A DNA stretch of 64,000 bases from Gemmatimonadota bacterium. Its GTDB lineage: Bacteria; Gemmatimonadota; Gemmatimonadetes; Longimicrobiales; Gaopeijiaceae. The notes below the pieces were generated by a model. The model saw only the letters and a list, made by a program, of their open reading frames with translations. It was not told the origin of the DNA and did no database searches. The position numbers were made by a program, and so were the translations under genes. Each line of letters starts with the position of its first letter. The stretch's first letter is position 1. The stretch spans positions 1 to 64,000 of the forward strand of contig JBDHHQ010000040.1 in NCBI GenBank assembly GCA_039589315.1. Reading direction: 5' to 3'. Below, piece by piece: positions 47,016-57,152 of the stretch.

Positions 47016-47420
47016 CTAGGAGGTCACCTCGCTGATCTCCAGGAGGTGCCCGTCAGGGTCCCGGAAGAAGCAGCGGATCTCCCCTCCGCGATCCAGGGGC
47101 GGCGTCAAGAACCGGGCACCCCGTGCGCGCAGGACCTCGTAGGCAGCTCGGCAGTCGGGCACGCGCATGGTCAGCTGATGGCTGACCCGATCGGGATCCT
47201 CCGGGGGCGCGAACGTCACCGTGGGCTTGTCTGGTGTCGGGCCGCCCCCGGTGACCAACAACAGCCAGCTACCCTGGAACTCCAACACGGCGGACGTTCC
47301 TCCGTACTCGCGGAAGAGCTGGGCTCCCAGGACGTCGGTGTAGAATGCCGTCGCTCGCCGGATGTCCTGGACGACGAGCAGGTGCGTCATCTCGACACCG
47401 GGGACGGGGAAGTCGGTCAT
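47016..47420 (-). CDS. VOC/glyoxalase family protein
   Basis: D..RA..FY.DVLG...RCFFRDPDGHLLEI. Confidence 0.9.
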   Translation of the reverse strand: MTDFPVPGVEMTHLLVVQDIRRATAFYTDVLGAQLFREYGGTSAVLEFQGSWLLLVTGGGPTPDKPTVTFAPPEDPDRVSHQLTMRVPDCRAAYEVLRARGARFLTPPLDRGGEIRCFFRDPDGHLLEISEVTS

Positions 47421-47556
47421 GTCGTCTCGCTCGGGACTGTCGGGAATCTCCCACCGCCTCGATCCGCATCATCGATCCGGCCGCGCACGCCGGGTTCACG
47501 GGCCCCGCATCGGGGGTTTCGGAGGGGCCGCTACGCTGATCCTCCACCTCCCAGGA

Positions 47557-48150
47557 TCAGATGTTCGACGTCCAGGGGGCGCCGCCCGCGCGCACCACGG
47601 CTTCGAGAGCGTACTTCGGGCAGACGTAGCCCTCGATGAAGTCGAGCAGCGATGTGGCGACTCCCCGCAGGGACTCCTCGACCCGTTCGTCGGTGCAATT
47701 CCCCTCGTCGTCGAAAGCCCCACGCACGCCGGCGACGGACACGGACCCGGGAAGGACGATCCCACCCACGTGAGCACAGACGCCGCGTAGCTGCTCCAGT
47801 GACTTGATCGCGCCGATCCGTCCGCCGGCAACTCCGACCAGGGCCACGGGTTTCCCGGACAGCACCGACGGAAACCCGAGGTTCTCGATGACGAGCTTGG
47901 CCATGGCAGAGAATCCCCCATGGTACTCTGGAGTGGCAATGACCACGCCCGACGCCGCTTCGATCTCACTGCGCAGACGCTCGGCGTCTTCCGTAGCTGG
48001 GTACCCCGGGAAGGTGAGTGTCAGGTCCCGTGCGTCGAAGACGGTCGGGGAGCAGTCGCGGCGAGCGAGCTCGTCATTCACCACGGCCAGCGCTCGCGAA
48101 GTGAAATTGTCGGGACGACTGGTCGCCGAAATGCTGACGATGCTTCGCAT
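47557..48150 (-). CDS. NADPH-dependent FMN reductase
   Basis: S.R..N, IATPEYHGG.S...K..IE, GKPVA. Confidence 0.88.
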   Translation of the reverse strand: MRSIVSISATSRPDNFTSRALAVVNDELARRDCSPTVFDARDLTLTFPGYPATEDAERLRSEIEAASGVVIATPEYHGGFSAMAKLVIENLGFPSVLSGKPVALVGVAGGRIGAIKSLEQLRGVCAHVGGIVLPGSVSVAGVRGAFDDEGNCTDERVEESLRGVATSLLDFIEGYVCPKYALEAVVRAGGAPWTSNI

Positions 48151-48530
48151 GCTCGCTTCTCTTCCCTGTTGAGTCCGGTCCGTCCCGCGCTTCACGCCGT
48201 CTCCGGAGCCTCGTGCGGGGCACCCGCCCCGAGGACCTTCATTGGCTGGGACGGCGGAGACGCCCGAACCGGCGGAGGCTACGGATTCGCGGGCCCGTGG
48301 CCATCAGTGTGGAGTGCCTACCCTCGGGCAGCAAGGCCAGCTCGTACGGGACCTCGCCGATCGGAATCCCCTCACCACCGACGGGATCCGAGGGGCGCTC
48401 CAGCCTACGCGCCGCGGTCCGACCGCCGGCAGGGGCGAAGGGCGCAACGAGGACCCGTTGCTCTCGGGACCCTGGGGCCCCTACGATTCCCGCAGCGGAG
48501 CCCATCCCCGACTCCCCAACCCCCCGGCGT

Positions 48531-49319
48531 ATGCGACGAAGCCCTCCAGTTCTCCTGCTCGGCGCCTCGGTCGTCCTGAGCGCACCGGCCTGCGACACGG
48601 CCAATTCGGCGCAGGCGCCCGATACGCTGCCCCCCTACAAGGTAGCCCAGCTCGAGACCCTGCTGGACACGCGGCTGCCCTGTTTGGGATGTCACACCGT
48701 CGATGGAAGGGGCGGTCGTATCGGCCCCGACCTGTCGGAGGTCGGCGCCCGGCTGACCCACGAGCAGATCGACTCCATGGTGCGCATGCCCGACGCGCGC
48801 ATGCCCCACACGGTGATGCCGGCGGTGATCATGCGGGAGGATTGGCGGGTCCTGGTGATCCGCCATCTGGCAGAGCGAGGTGGCACCGCGTCTGCCGGGC
48901 TGGTGGCCGCTGGCTCTCCGCTGGAAGGAACGCCGCCGTCCCGAGGTGACGCTCCGGGCAGAGCCGTAGACTCCACCACGACGTCGGACGGCCTGCCCGA
49001 CGGCGCTGCCCTCTACTCCAAGTACTGCGCCACCTGTCACGGCAACACCGGAGGCGGCGACGGCGCGAACGCACAGCTGCTTCCGGCTCAGCCGACGGTC
49101 CACTCCGACCTGGAGTACATGAGCGAACGGCCGGACGACTCCCTGTACGACGCCATCTACGCAGGTGGCTACATCATGGACAGGAGCCACACGATGCCGC
49201 CGTTCGGTGCCACGCTGAGCCGGGGGCAGATCCGCGCTCTGGTCAGCCACATGCGAACGCTCTGTGGCTGCGAGGGACCGGCCTGGTCCCGGGATGGCGC
49301 ACTGGGAACGCCCCGGTAG
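48531..49319 (+). CDS. Diheme c-type cytochrome lipoprotein
   Basis: Lipobox APAC; CLGCH...GPDL...MP and CATCH...MPPFG. Confidence 0.88.
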   Translation: MRRSPPVLLLGASVVLSAPACDTANSAQAPDTLPPYKVAQLETLLDTRLPCLGCHTVDGRGGRIGPDLSEVGARLTHEQIDSMVRMPDARMPHTVMPAVIMREDWRVLVIRHLAERGGTASAGLVAAGSPLEGTPPSRGDAPGRAVDSTTTSDGLPDGAALYSKYCATCHGNTGGGDGANAQLLPAQPTVHSDLEYMSERPDDSLYDAIYAGGYIMDRSHTMPPFGATLSRGQIRALVSHMRTLCGCEGPAWSRDGALGTPR

Positions 49320-49324
49320 CAACG

Positions 49325-51703
49325 GTGGACGCCCCCCCCGAGATGCCCGTCGACTCCGGTCCGGACCCCGAGCCCGAGTCGCCGGTCGAGGGGGCCCTTG
49401 TCTCCGGTCGGTGGCGGGCGGCGCTCGTGGTGGCCGGATTGGCCGGCGCCGTCGTGGTGGCCCTCATCTACCCTGCCCGCGGCCCCTCGGGAACCGACTT
49501 TCCTCCATACGTCGGCCCGCCGGCCGCGTCCCGTGTCGATCTCGACGACTTCCTCGGAGCCCGGGCCTGCGCGGAATGCCATGCCGACGAGTTCGCGGAT
49601 TGGGTCGGTTCGACGCACGGCCGGGCCGGCGGCGAGCCGAGCCCGGAGCTGGTTCTGGCGGCCTTCGACGGCACGCCCATCCGCTTCCTGGACGCCACCG
49701 TCGTGCCCATGATCGATCCGGACGGCACGTATCAGTTCGTCGTCGATTGGAACGGCATGGTCGACACCCTCGCGATCGAGGGTGTGGTGGGAGGCGGGCA
49801 CATGGTCGGAGGCGGCACCCAGGGGTTCTTCGCCCGCCACGACGACGGCACCGTTCGCTTCGTGCCCTTCGACTGGTCTCGTCATGAGCAGACCTGGTTC
49901 TGCAACACTCGCTACCCCGAGAGAGGCGAGTGGCGACGGATCACAGGCGAGATGAGCATCACGGAGTGCGCCGATTGGCCCCCTCGCCGCCGACTCGGTC
50001 AGATCGAGGGCGGGGCCAATTGTGATACGTGCCACGGCAGCCAGATCCAGGCTGCCTTCGATCCGGCTGCGGGCGCCTACGAGACGTCCTACACCGGCCT
50101 CGAGATCAACTGCGAATCCTGCCATGGACCGGGACGAGCCCACGTGGAGCTCGTCGCCGCCGGAGGGGCCCTGACCGAGGCCAACCTCGGCCTGGAGCCG
50201 CTCGGAACGCTCGATGAGGACGGCTCCCTGGAGGTGTGCTTTCGCTGCCATGCCACCCGTCTGGTGATCCGCGGGGGGGATCTCCCCGGAGAGCCCCTTC
50301 AGGACAACGCCAGCCTGCTCCTGCCGCTGCTCACCGACCGACCGTTCCTCCCCGATAACCGCGTGCGAACGTTCGCCTACCAGCTAAACCACAAGGGGAG
50401 CGGCTGTTACCTCGATGGTGCCATGACGTGCGTGTCGTGCCACGAACCGCACACACAAACGTACCAGGACGAGCACGGACGTACTCTCGTCGGAAGATTC
50501 GACGACGGGCAGTGCGTTGGATGTCACGCGAGCAAGGCCGAACGCCCCGAGGAGCATTCCTTCCATGAGCGGGGCTCCGAGGGTAGCCTCTGTGTCTCGT
50601 GCCACATGCCGTTCCTGCAGCACCCGGCCGTGGGAGACGACATTCGCTACGCGCGCTCGGACCACACGATCCCCATTCCGCGGCCCGGTCTCGACGAACG
50701 CCTGGGGGTCACCAGCGCTTGCGCGGCTTGCCACCCGGAAACGCCGCCGAACGAGCTGGCCGTCCAGCTCCGGGCCTGGTATGGCGAGGTGAAGCCGTGG
50801 CGGCCGTTGGTGCAGGGGATCGCCTCCGCTCCGACCACGCCGGATCCGGCCGCTGCGGCGGATCTCCTTCTGCGATCCCAGGACGGCTTCGGAATGGCTC
50901 AGGCGTCGGCCCTGAGCCAGTACCTGCTGCGCTTCCTTCGCCCCGACATGCCGACATTGCCGCCCGGGGTCCGTCAGGAGCTCCTGATGTTGAATCGAGA
51001 TTCCGACGTGGACGTGGCCGCGCTGGCTCTGGCCGCCCTCCACCTGTCCCGCGGGAGCGATCCACCGACCCGCCAGCTCCTGGTCTCTGCCCTGGAGGCG
51101 CGCGGCGAGCGTGCCTACCGGGTCCGGGATCGATGGGGGGCGGCGCTTCGCTACGTAGGGGACGCCTACCGAATCCGGGGCGCCTACGACGACGCGGTCG
51201 TGGCCTACCGTAGGTCGCTGGAGGCCAGGCCAGGCGAACCCCGCACGGCGGAGGGCCTCGGCCTCGCCCTCCTCGCAGCCGGTGACGGCGCGGCGAGCGA
51301 GGAGGCCTTTCGGTCGTCGGTGGCGGCGGACTCGACCCGGGCGTCGGCGTGGGTGAATCTGGCCCAGGCGCTGGCGCAACAGGGCCAGGACGACGAGGAG
51401 GCGGCCGTTCTCACGGAGGCGGTCCGGCGGTTCCCGCTGGACCCCCTGCCCCACTTCCGGTTGGGGAACGCCCGGTTGCGGAGGCGGGACCTCCTGGCTG
51501 CCGCCAGCGCGTTCACCCGTTCCGTGGAGCTGGACGGTGCGCTGGCCAGCCCCAGGATCGGCCTGGCACAGATCCTGGCGGCCCAAGGCCGTCTGGACGA
51601 GGCCCGTCGACAGGTGACCCTGGCCCTTCAGTTCGAGCCCGACAACCCGCAGGCCAAGCAGCTCCTGGAGCGGCTGGATCAGTTCGAGTCGTCGTCACCG
51701 TAA
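49325..51703 (+). CDS. Octaheme c-type cytochrome with C-terminal HEAT/TPR repeats
   Basis: N-terminal TM; CAECH, CDTCH, CESCH, CFRCH, CVSCH, CVGCH, CVSCH, CAACH; TPRs. Confidence 0.9.
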   Translation: MDAPPEMPVDSGPDPEPESPVEGALVSGRWRAALVVAGLAGAVVVALIYPARGPSGTDFPPYVGPPAASRVDLDDFLGARACAECHADEFADWVGSTHGRAGGEPSPELVLAAFDGTPIRFLDATVVPMIDPDGTYQFVVDWNGMVDTLAIEGVVGGGHMVGGGTQGFFARHDDGTVRFVPFDWSRHEQTWFCNTRYPERGEWRRITGEMSITECADWPPRRRLGQIEGGANCDTCHGSQIQAAFDPAAGAYETSYTGLEINCESCHGPGRAHVELVAAGGALTEANLGLEPLGTLDEDGSLEVCFRCHATRLVIRGGDLPGEPLQDNASLLLPLLTDRPFLPDNRVRTFAYQLNHKGSGCYLDGAMTCVSCHEPHTQTYQDEHGRTLVGRFDDGQCVGCHASKAERPEEHSFHERGSEGSLCVSCHMPFLQHPAVGDDIRYARSDHTIPIPRPGLDERLGVTSACAACHPETPPNELAVQLRAWYGEVKPWRPLVQGIASAPTTPDPAAAADLLLRSQDGFGMAQASALSQYLLRFLRPDMPTLPPGVRQELLMLNRDSDVDVAALALAALHLSRGSDPPTRQLLVSALEARGERAYRVRDRWGAALRYVGDAYRIRGAYDDAVVAYRRSLEARPGEPRTAEGLGLALLAAGDGAASEEAFRSSVAADSTRASAWVNLAQALAQQGQDDEEAAVLTEAVRRFPLDPLPHFRLGNARLRRRDLLAAASAFTRSVELDGALASPRIGLAQILAAQGRLDEARRQVTLALQFEPDNPQAKQLLERLDQFESSSP

Positions 51704-51789
51704 TGGCCCGAGCCCGCCGTGGCGGGGGCCCGGCCGGCTGAGATCCGCCCCGGACGGGCGACCGCCACGTGCACGCGGCGGCGTGTTCC

Positions 51790-51950
51790 CTACTCCGCGT
51801 CTTCCCCGTGAATGAGCTGCACCAGCGCCGGGACGTGGCCCAGGAGGCGCACAGACAGGGTGAGCCGGCCCGCTTCGGAGATGACCCCTTCCGAGCCTCT
51901 TCCCAGGCTTCGAAGGCCTCACCGAGGAGTTTCGTGAAGGACCGCGACAT
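51790..51950 (-). pseudogene. DinB-family remnant (N- and C-termini only)
   Basis: GGAGG RBS; MSRSFTKLLGEAFEAWEEARKG, frameshift, then VISEA|GRLTLSVRLLGHVPALVQLIHG..stop. Confidence 0.6.
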
Positions 51951-51987
51951 GGACGCCTCCTGAGGGGATGACTATACTCCTGCCCCC

Positions 51988-52545
51988 ATGAAGCACCTCG
52001 CGAGCACCCGACCCAACGGCTTCCCCGCCCGCACGACTCGACGACCCCGCTCGTGCCGGTCGGCCCGTCGCGCCGCGCTGGGCCTGCTGCTCCTCGTGAT
52101 GCCGTCGGCCGCGGCCGCCCAGTCCATCACCGACGACGGTCTGCGCCTGGGCGTCGGCGTGGCCGGCACCGGCTTCATCTCGTTCCTGGTGGAGTACCGC
52201 TGGGGCAACACGTCGCTGGACATGGCGTTGTCCACCATCTCCTTCAGGGACGTGGGCGTCTACGCGGGCATCCGACAGTACCTGGGCAGCCTGTCGCCCC
52301 AACCGGTGGTGGGCTTGGGGCTCTGGGGACTGCTGGGCGCCTCGGAGCAGAGGACGGGAGGAGCCCTCATCCTCAGGGCGCCCATCGGTATCGACTGGAA
52401 CGTCTCCGGAGACCACTTCCTGGGCTTCAACATCGCACTGAACAAGGCGCTGGTGGTACGCCGGTCCGACCCCATGGATACGGAGCCGCCGAATCCGAAG
52501 CTCGTGCCGCTGCCCGCCCTGGAATACCGGTTCCGGTCCAACTGA
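51988..52545 (+). CDS. Secreted hypothetical protein, probable small outer-membrane beta-barrel
   Basis: Signal peptide ending AAA-Q; alternating beta strands; C-terminal EYRF; TATACT at 51973. Confidence 0.7.
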   Translation: MKHLASTRPNGFPARTTRRPRSCRSARRAALGLLLLVMPSAAAAQSITDDGLRLGVGVAGTGFISFLVEYRWGNTSLDMALSTISFRDVGVYAGIRQYLGSLSPQPVVGLGLWGLLGASEQRTGGALILRAPIGIDWNVSGDHFLGFNIALNKALVVRRSDPMDTEPPNPKLVPLPALEYRFRSN

Positions 52546-52563
52546 CCCGGTCGGCGGTCCTTC

Positions 52564-53748
52564 CTACGCGATGGGCTCCATCCCCACGTACTTGAGTCCG
52601 CTCCCGGTGTTGAACAGCAGAACCTCGTCTCCGGAGTCGATCAGGCCCTTGTCGCGGAGCAGGGGAACCGCGGCGGCCACTGCGCCGCCTTCAGGCGCAG
52701 CGAACACGCCGGTGTCGGCACCCATGGCCTGGACCCAACGGTGCATCTCGGCGTCGGGCACCGCGACCGCCCCGCCGCCGGACTCCCGCAGCGCATCCAG
52801 GATCAAGAAGTCCCCGATGGCCCCGGGCACGCGCAGCCCGGAGGCGTAGGTCTTGGCTCCCTGCCACGTCTCCGCGTGGCGGGTGCCCGCCTCCCAGGCA
52901 CGGACGATGGGCGCGCATCCCGCCGCCTGCACCGAGAACATCTTGGGGCGGTCCGCCCCCATCCACCCCATGCGCTCCATCTCCTCGAACGCCTTCCACA
53001 TGCCGATGAGGCCCGTGCCGCCCCCCGTGGGATAGACGATGGCGTCCGGCAATCTGAAGCCGAGCTGCTCGAAGATCTCGTAGCCCATGGTCTTCTTCCC
53101 CTCCACGCGGTACGGCTCCTTCAAGGTGGAGAGGTCGAACCAGCCGTGCTCTGCGACACCCTTCCTCACCACCTTGCCGCAGTCCGAGATCAGCCCGTCC
53201 AGGAGCTGGAGGTCCGCCCCCAGCGCGCGGATCTCTTCCACGATCGGAGCCGGAGTGTCCGTGGGCACCACGACGTGCACCGGGATCCCGGCGGCCGCCC
53301 CGTAGGCGGCGGCCGCTCCTCCTGCGTTCCCGGCCGACGGGAGCGCGAGCTCCGTCGCGCCCAGCTCCTTCGCCCGGGACACCGCCAGACAGAGCCCGCG
53401 AGCCTTGAAGCTGCCCGTGGGATTCTGCCCTTCGTCCTTGACCCAGGCTCGCGCCACACCCATGCGAGCGGCCAGGCGGGGGGCGTCGAGGAGCGGAGTC
53501 CAGCCTTCTCCGAGCTCCACCCGGGCGCTTCGGTCCCGGATTGGAAGGACCTCCTCGTACCGCCAGAGGTCGGCACGGCGACCGGCGAGATCGGTGGGCT
53601 GAAAGGCAGGGGCGATGATCCCGAGGTCGTAGCGCGCCAGGAACGGCTTTCCGGCGGCCGACACCCCGATGAGCTGCTCGGAGTCCACTTGCTCGCCGGT
53701 AGCGGAGCATTCGAGGAAGGCGGCGCCGAGGGTCGAGGTCGATGTCAT
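52564..53748 (-). CDS. thrC: Threonine synthase
   Basis: LWRY, LGEGWTP, NPTGSFKARG, SAGNAG, PTGGG.G, NTGSG.KY. Confidence 0.9.
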   Translation of the reverse strand: MTSTSTLGAAFLECSATGEQVDSEQLIGVSAAGKPFLARYDLGIIAPAFQPTDLAGRRADLWRYEEVLPIRDRSARVELGEGWTPLLDAPRLAARMGVARAWVKDEGQNPTGSFKARGLCLAVSRAKELGATELALPSAGNAGGAAAAYGAAAGIPVHVVVPTDTPAPIVEEIRALGADLQLLDGLISDCGKVVRKGVAEHGWFDLSTLKEPYRVEGKKTMGYEIFEQLGFRLPDAIVYPTGGGTGLIGMWKAFEEMERMGWMGADRPKMFSVQAAGCAPIVRAWEAGTRHAETWQGAKTYASGLRVPGAIGDFLILDALRESGGGAVAVPDAEMHRWVQAMGADTGVFAAPEGGAVAAAVPLLRDKGLIDSGDEVLLFNTGSGLKYVGMEPIA

Positions 53749-53862
53749 GTGAGCGGTCTTCGAGTCGAGGTGGCGGCGGCGACACGGCGCGTGAGCAGCC
53801 GGAACCGGACCGGCGGCGGTCCGTCGAGGCGGCACCCGCGGTGGCGCGCGCGCCGAAGCGAC

Positions 53863-53935
53863 CTAGTGTGGTGGTGAGGGAGCCTGGTAGCAACCGAGTC
53901 GGCGACCGCACGAAGACGGCGCAACGCCTCGAGAC
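53863..53935. repeat. Degenerate, internally deleted third copy of the CTAG palindromic repeat
   Basis: CTAG followed by a 32-nt stretch matching the left end of the 30687 copy at 23 positions (by eye), then GCAACGCC from the right arm. Confidence 0.5.
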
Positions 53936-53957
53936 ACGGCCGAGCCGGTTGCGGTCC

Positions 53958-56090
53958 TCAGGAGGGCTGGGGCGCCGGCACGTCCCGAGTGGCCTCTGGC
54001 TCGCCGACGGCCTCTGCCTCCGCCGCGTCGACGCCCAACTCCGTCCCCACGCGGCCGAGGATCAGGATGCCGCTCACCATGAGCGCGATGGCGATCGGAA
54101 GGAGGATCAGAGGCGGACGGGTGTCCGGACCCACGAGCTGCTCCCGCAGCGCCGGCGACGCCGCCAGCAACACGATGCTCCCGTTGTTCAACAGGTGCAT
54201 CAGGGCACTGGTGTAGAGCGAGCGCGTCCGCCACACCGCGTATGCCAACAGGATACCCAGCCACGCCGTCGGCAGGAAGCGGAAGGCCGTGGCGTAGGAG
54301 AGATGAAACGCACCGAACACGGCCCCGTTCAGGAGGATCATCCTGAACGGCGTCAACCGCCGGACCGTGCCGCCGAGCAGCACCCCTCGGAACACCGCCT
54401 CCTCGCAGACGGCAGGCGTGAGCGCCACGAGGAAGAGGAGCCAGACCAGACGGGACGCGTCGTCTGCGACGATGAACTCGCTCATGCCCTCCAGGAGGTC
54501 CCATGGGATCGGCAGGATGAAGCCCTGGAGCCAAGCGATGAACCATGCCATGGGCGTGCCGCCCGCGATGAGAAGCACACCTCCCACCAGTCCCATGATC
54601 GGTGGTCGCCGCAGCGAGAAGGTCTGCTTCAGGTCGAACCCTCCCATCCACGTGAAGGCGACCGCAGCGCCGAGGAGGATCAGCCACTCCGACGCCAGGA
54701 GACCCCGCTCCCCCAGTCTGGACTGGAGGCCCATCCCGATATAGAAGAACAGCAGCGCCACACCACCGACGAAGACAGCCGTTTGCGTCGGCGTGGGAAC
54801 GAGGTAGTGCTGGCCGCCCGGCCTGAGCAGCCGTTTGAGCCAACCCAGCTCTCCTCCGGGAGCGCCCTCGTCGACACCGAACAGGACGTCCTCGCGGCCG
54901 AAGGCATCGGCGGCGAAGAGGAGGGCGAGCATCGCGTACACGAGCGTCGTCAGCAGCGTGAGCGATGCGAGCACGAAGGGGATGTTGCCCCCCATGAGCT
55001 CCCGAAAGAGGAGCGCCACGCCGGCGACGGGGACGAAGGCCATGAAGCGCGTGTATTCGATTCCGGGGAACAGCGGCAACAACGCGGGGATGATCACCGC
55101 CATGTAGAATGGCGTCAGGGCGTTCTGCGCTTCCTTGAACGAACGGGACCGCACCGCGATCCCCAGGAACAGGGCACCGAACAGGATGGCCAGCGGCACG
55201 AGCGTCGCGAAGATCAGCACCACGGCGTACAGGGGGATCGCGAACTCGACGTCCACCGCCCCCGATATCTGGAAGAGGCCCGATTGAAAAGTCAGGAGCA
55301 TACTCCCCAGGTTCAGACCCGCCGCGACGATGCCGATGATCGTGACCGTGATGAACTTGCCGGCCACGATCTGCCGAGCGTGAGTCGGCGCGGTGAGGAG
55401 CGTCTCCAGAGTGCCCCGCTCCTTCTCACCGGCCGCGAGGTCGATCGCCGGATAGAAGACGCCGAGCAGCGTGATGATGATCAGAATCATGGGCAGGAAG
55501 CGGCCCAGCGCATACCCACCCAGCTCCTCCGGCAGCGCCACCGATTCTGTGTCCAGCCTGAGCGGCTCCGCGAACGTCTGGGGCAATCTGCGGCCCTCGA
55601 TGCGGCGCGCCAGCAGCGAGTCTCCCCAACCCCGCAGGGCCCGAATGAGCAAGCTGCGCCCCCGTTGCGACTGATCGTCGGCGCCGTCGAAGAAGACCGT
55701 GACCTCCTGGGTGCCCTCCGGCCCTCCGGCCTGGTCGAAGACCGCCACCGCCGTGGCGGCCCTTGCCCGAACCGCGACTTCGGCGTCCCCCGCGGGCACG
55801 AGCGTCAATTCGTCGCTGGCCTCGAGGAAGGCGATCAGCGAATCGGATACGTCCCCCATCACCGCGACACGGGCAGGCGCCGACTCGAGCTGCCGGCGGC
55901 CGAAGAGGGAGAGCTGTTGAGAGAGGATCATGATCATGGGGTAGAGCAGCACCGGCACCACGATCATGATCAGCAGAGTCCGCCGGTCCCGCAGCGTCTC
56001 CCGCATCTCCTTCAGGACGACCGTCTTCACCGCGGCGAAGCCGGTCTCTCGGGTGGCCCTGCTCAAGGGCCCCTCACCCCGCTCGCTCAC
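53958..56090 (-). CDS. NatB-like ABC-2 permease fused to a CPBP (Abi/CAAX) intramembrane metalloprotease
   Basis: KE.R..LRDRR, AGEKERGTLETLL; EEAVFRG, FGAFH, HLLNN. Confidence 0.9.
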   Translation of the reverse strand: MSERGEGPLSRATRETGFAAVKTVVLKEMRETLRDRRTLLIMIVVPVLLYPMIMILSQQLSLFGRRQLESAPARVAVMGDVSDSLIAFLEASDELTLVPAGDAEVAVRARAATAVAVFDQAGGPEGTQEVTVFFDGADDQSQRGRSLLIRALRGWGDSLLARRIEGRRLPQTFAEPLRLDTESVALPEELGGYALGRFLPMILIIITLLGVFYPAIDLAAGEKERGTLETLLTAPTHARQIVAGKFITVTIIGIVAAGLNLGSMLLTFQSGLFQISGAVDVEFAIPLYAVVLIFATLVPLAILFGALFLGIAVRSRSFKEAQNALTPFYMAVIIPALLPLFPGIEYTRFMAFVPVAGVALLFRELMGGNIPFVLASLTLLTTLVYAMLALLFAADAFGREDVLFGVDEGAPGGELGWLKRLLRPGGQHYLVPTPTQTAVFVGGVALLFFYIGMGLQSRLGERGLLASEWLILLGAAVAFTWMGGFDLKQTFSLRRPPIMGLVGGVLLIAGGTPMAWFIAWLQGFILPIPWDLLEGMSEFIVADDASRLVWLLFLVALTPAVCEEAVFRGVLLGGTVRRLTPFRMILLNGAVFGAFHLSYATAFRFLPTAWLGILLAYAVWRTRSLYTSALMHLLNNGSIVLLAASPALREQLVGPDTRPPLILLPIAIALMVSGILILGRVGTELGVDAAEAEAVGEPEATRDVPAPQPS

Positions 56091-56809
56091 GCCGCCGCCC
56101 GGACGAGAGCGAGGAAGGCCCTGGCCAGGTTGGCCTCGCCCGTGCTCGCCACCAGAGCCGCGGGAGTGCCCTCGGCGACGAGCTCGCCCCGGGAGAGCAC
56201 GCCGACCCGGTCCGCGAGGAGCTCCACCTCCTCCATCTGGTGCGTGGAGAAGACGATGGCCTTCCCCCGCTGGCGCTCCCGCTCGATGAACTGATAGATG
56301 GTCTGTCCGCTGAGCACATCCAGGCCGAGCGTCGGCTCGTCGAGGATCAGGGCCGGGGGATCGTGCACGATGGCCCGTGCCACCGATACGCGCTGGCGCT
56401 GACCGGTGGAAAGACGCCCGCAATAGCGGTTGGCGAACTCGCTGATGTCGAACACCTCCACGACCTCGTCGACGCGCTTCTTCAGGCGATGCCCTTGGAG
56501 TCCCTGGAGTCGGGCGAAGTACTCGACGAATTCACGGGCGGTGAGGCGCTCGTAGAGACCCATGGAAGCCGCAAGGAAGCCGATGCGACGTCGCACCTCG
56601 AGGGGGCCCACCCGCACGTCGATGCCGTCGACGAACGCCGTGCCGGAGGTCGGGGTAAGAAGCGTCGCGAGGACCCGGAGTGCCGTCGTCTTCCCTGCGC
56701 CGTTGGGGCCCAGGAGGGCGTAGATCTCGCCCGGACCCACCTCGAGGCTCACATCCCTCACGGCCTCGACGGTGGCATATCGCTTGACCAGACGGTCGAA
56801 TCGGATCAT
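56087..56809 (-). CDS. NatA-like ABC transporter ATP-binding protein
   Basis: GPNGAGKTT, LSTGQ, LILDEPT, STH. Confidence 0.92.
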   Translation of the reverse strand: MIRFDRLVKRYATVEAVRDVSLEVGPGEIYALLGPNGAGKTTALRVLATLLTPTSGTAFVDGIDVRVGPLEVRRRIGFLAASMGLYERLTAREFVEYFARLQGLQGHRLKKRVDEVVEVFDISEFANRYCGRLSTGQRQRVSVARAIVHDPPALILDEPTLGLDVLSGQTIYQFIERERQRGKAIVFSTHQMEEVELLADRVGVLSRGELVAEGTPAALVASTGEANLARAFLALVRAAA

Positions 56810-56956
56810 CGAGTCACGCTGGGAGGGTGGTGAGGAGGGCACGCGGGAGACTACCCCTTGTATTGGGGATCGGCAACTGGGCCAGGTGGCTCAAGGGCGA
56901 GGCCGGGCAGGGCCGAGGGTTCGGGGCGTAAGCGCGACCCGACAGCGACGGGTGAG

Positions 56957-56982
56957 GCAACCCAACAACGGTGAACCGCATC
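56957..56982 (+). promoter_or_regulatory. Possible ECF autoregulatory promoter
   Basis: GCAAC-N17-CATC about 170 bp upstream of the ECF sigma gene. Confidence 0.35.
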
Positions 56983-57152
56983 CCAATAGAGCAGAACCGG
57001 GAGGCCCCGGACCACCCACGGGGCCAGGGGCGGGGAGGCCGATCGCCGGAGACGCGGAGACGCGGCTCTTCCGGCAGATCGGCCCTTACACGAGAGGTCG
57101 GTACGCGTCACGTCGCGAGGCGTGACCCGGACGCCGGCCCAGAGGAAGGCCA

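Noticed and set aside
53742..56294. 850-aa plus-strand ORF
   Set aside because: Antisense shadow of the NatB-CPBP gene
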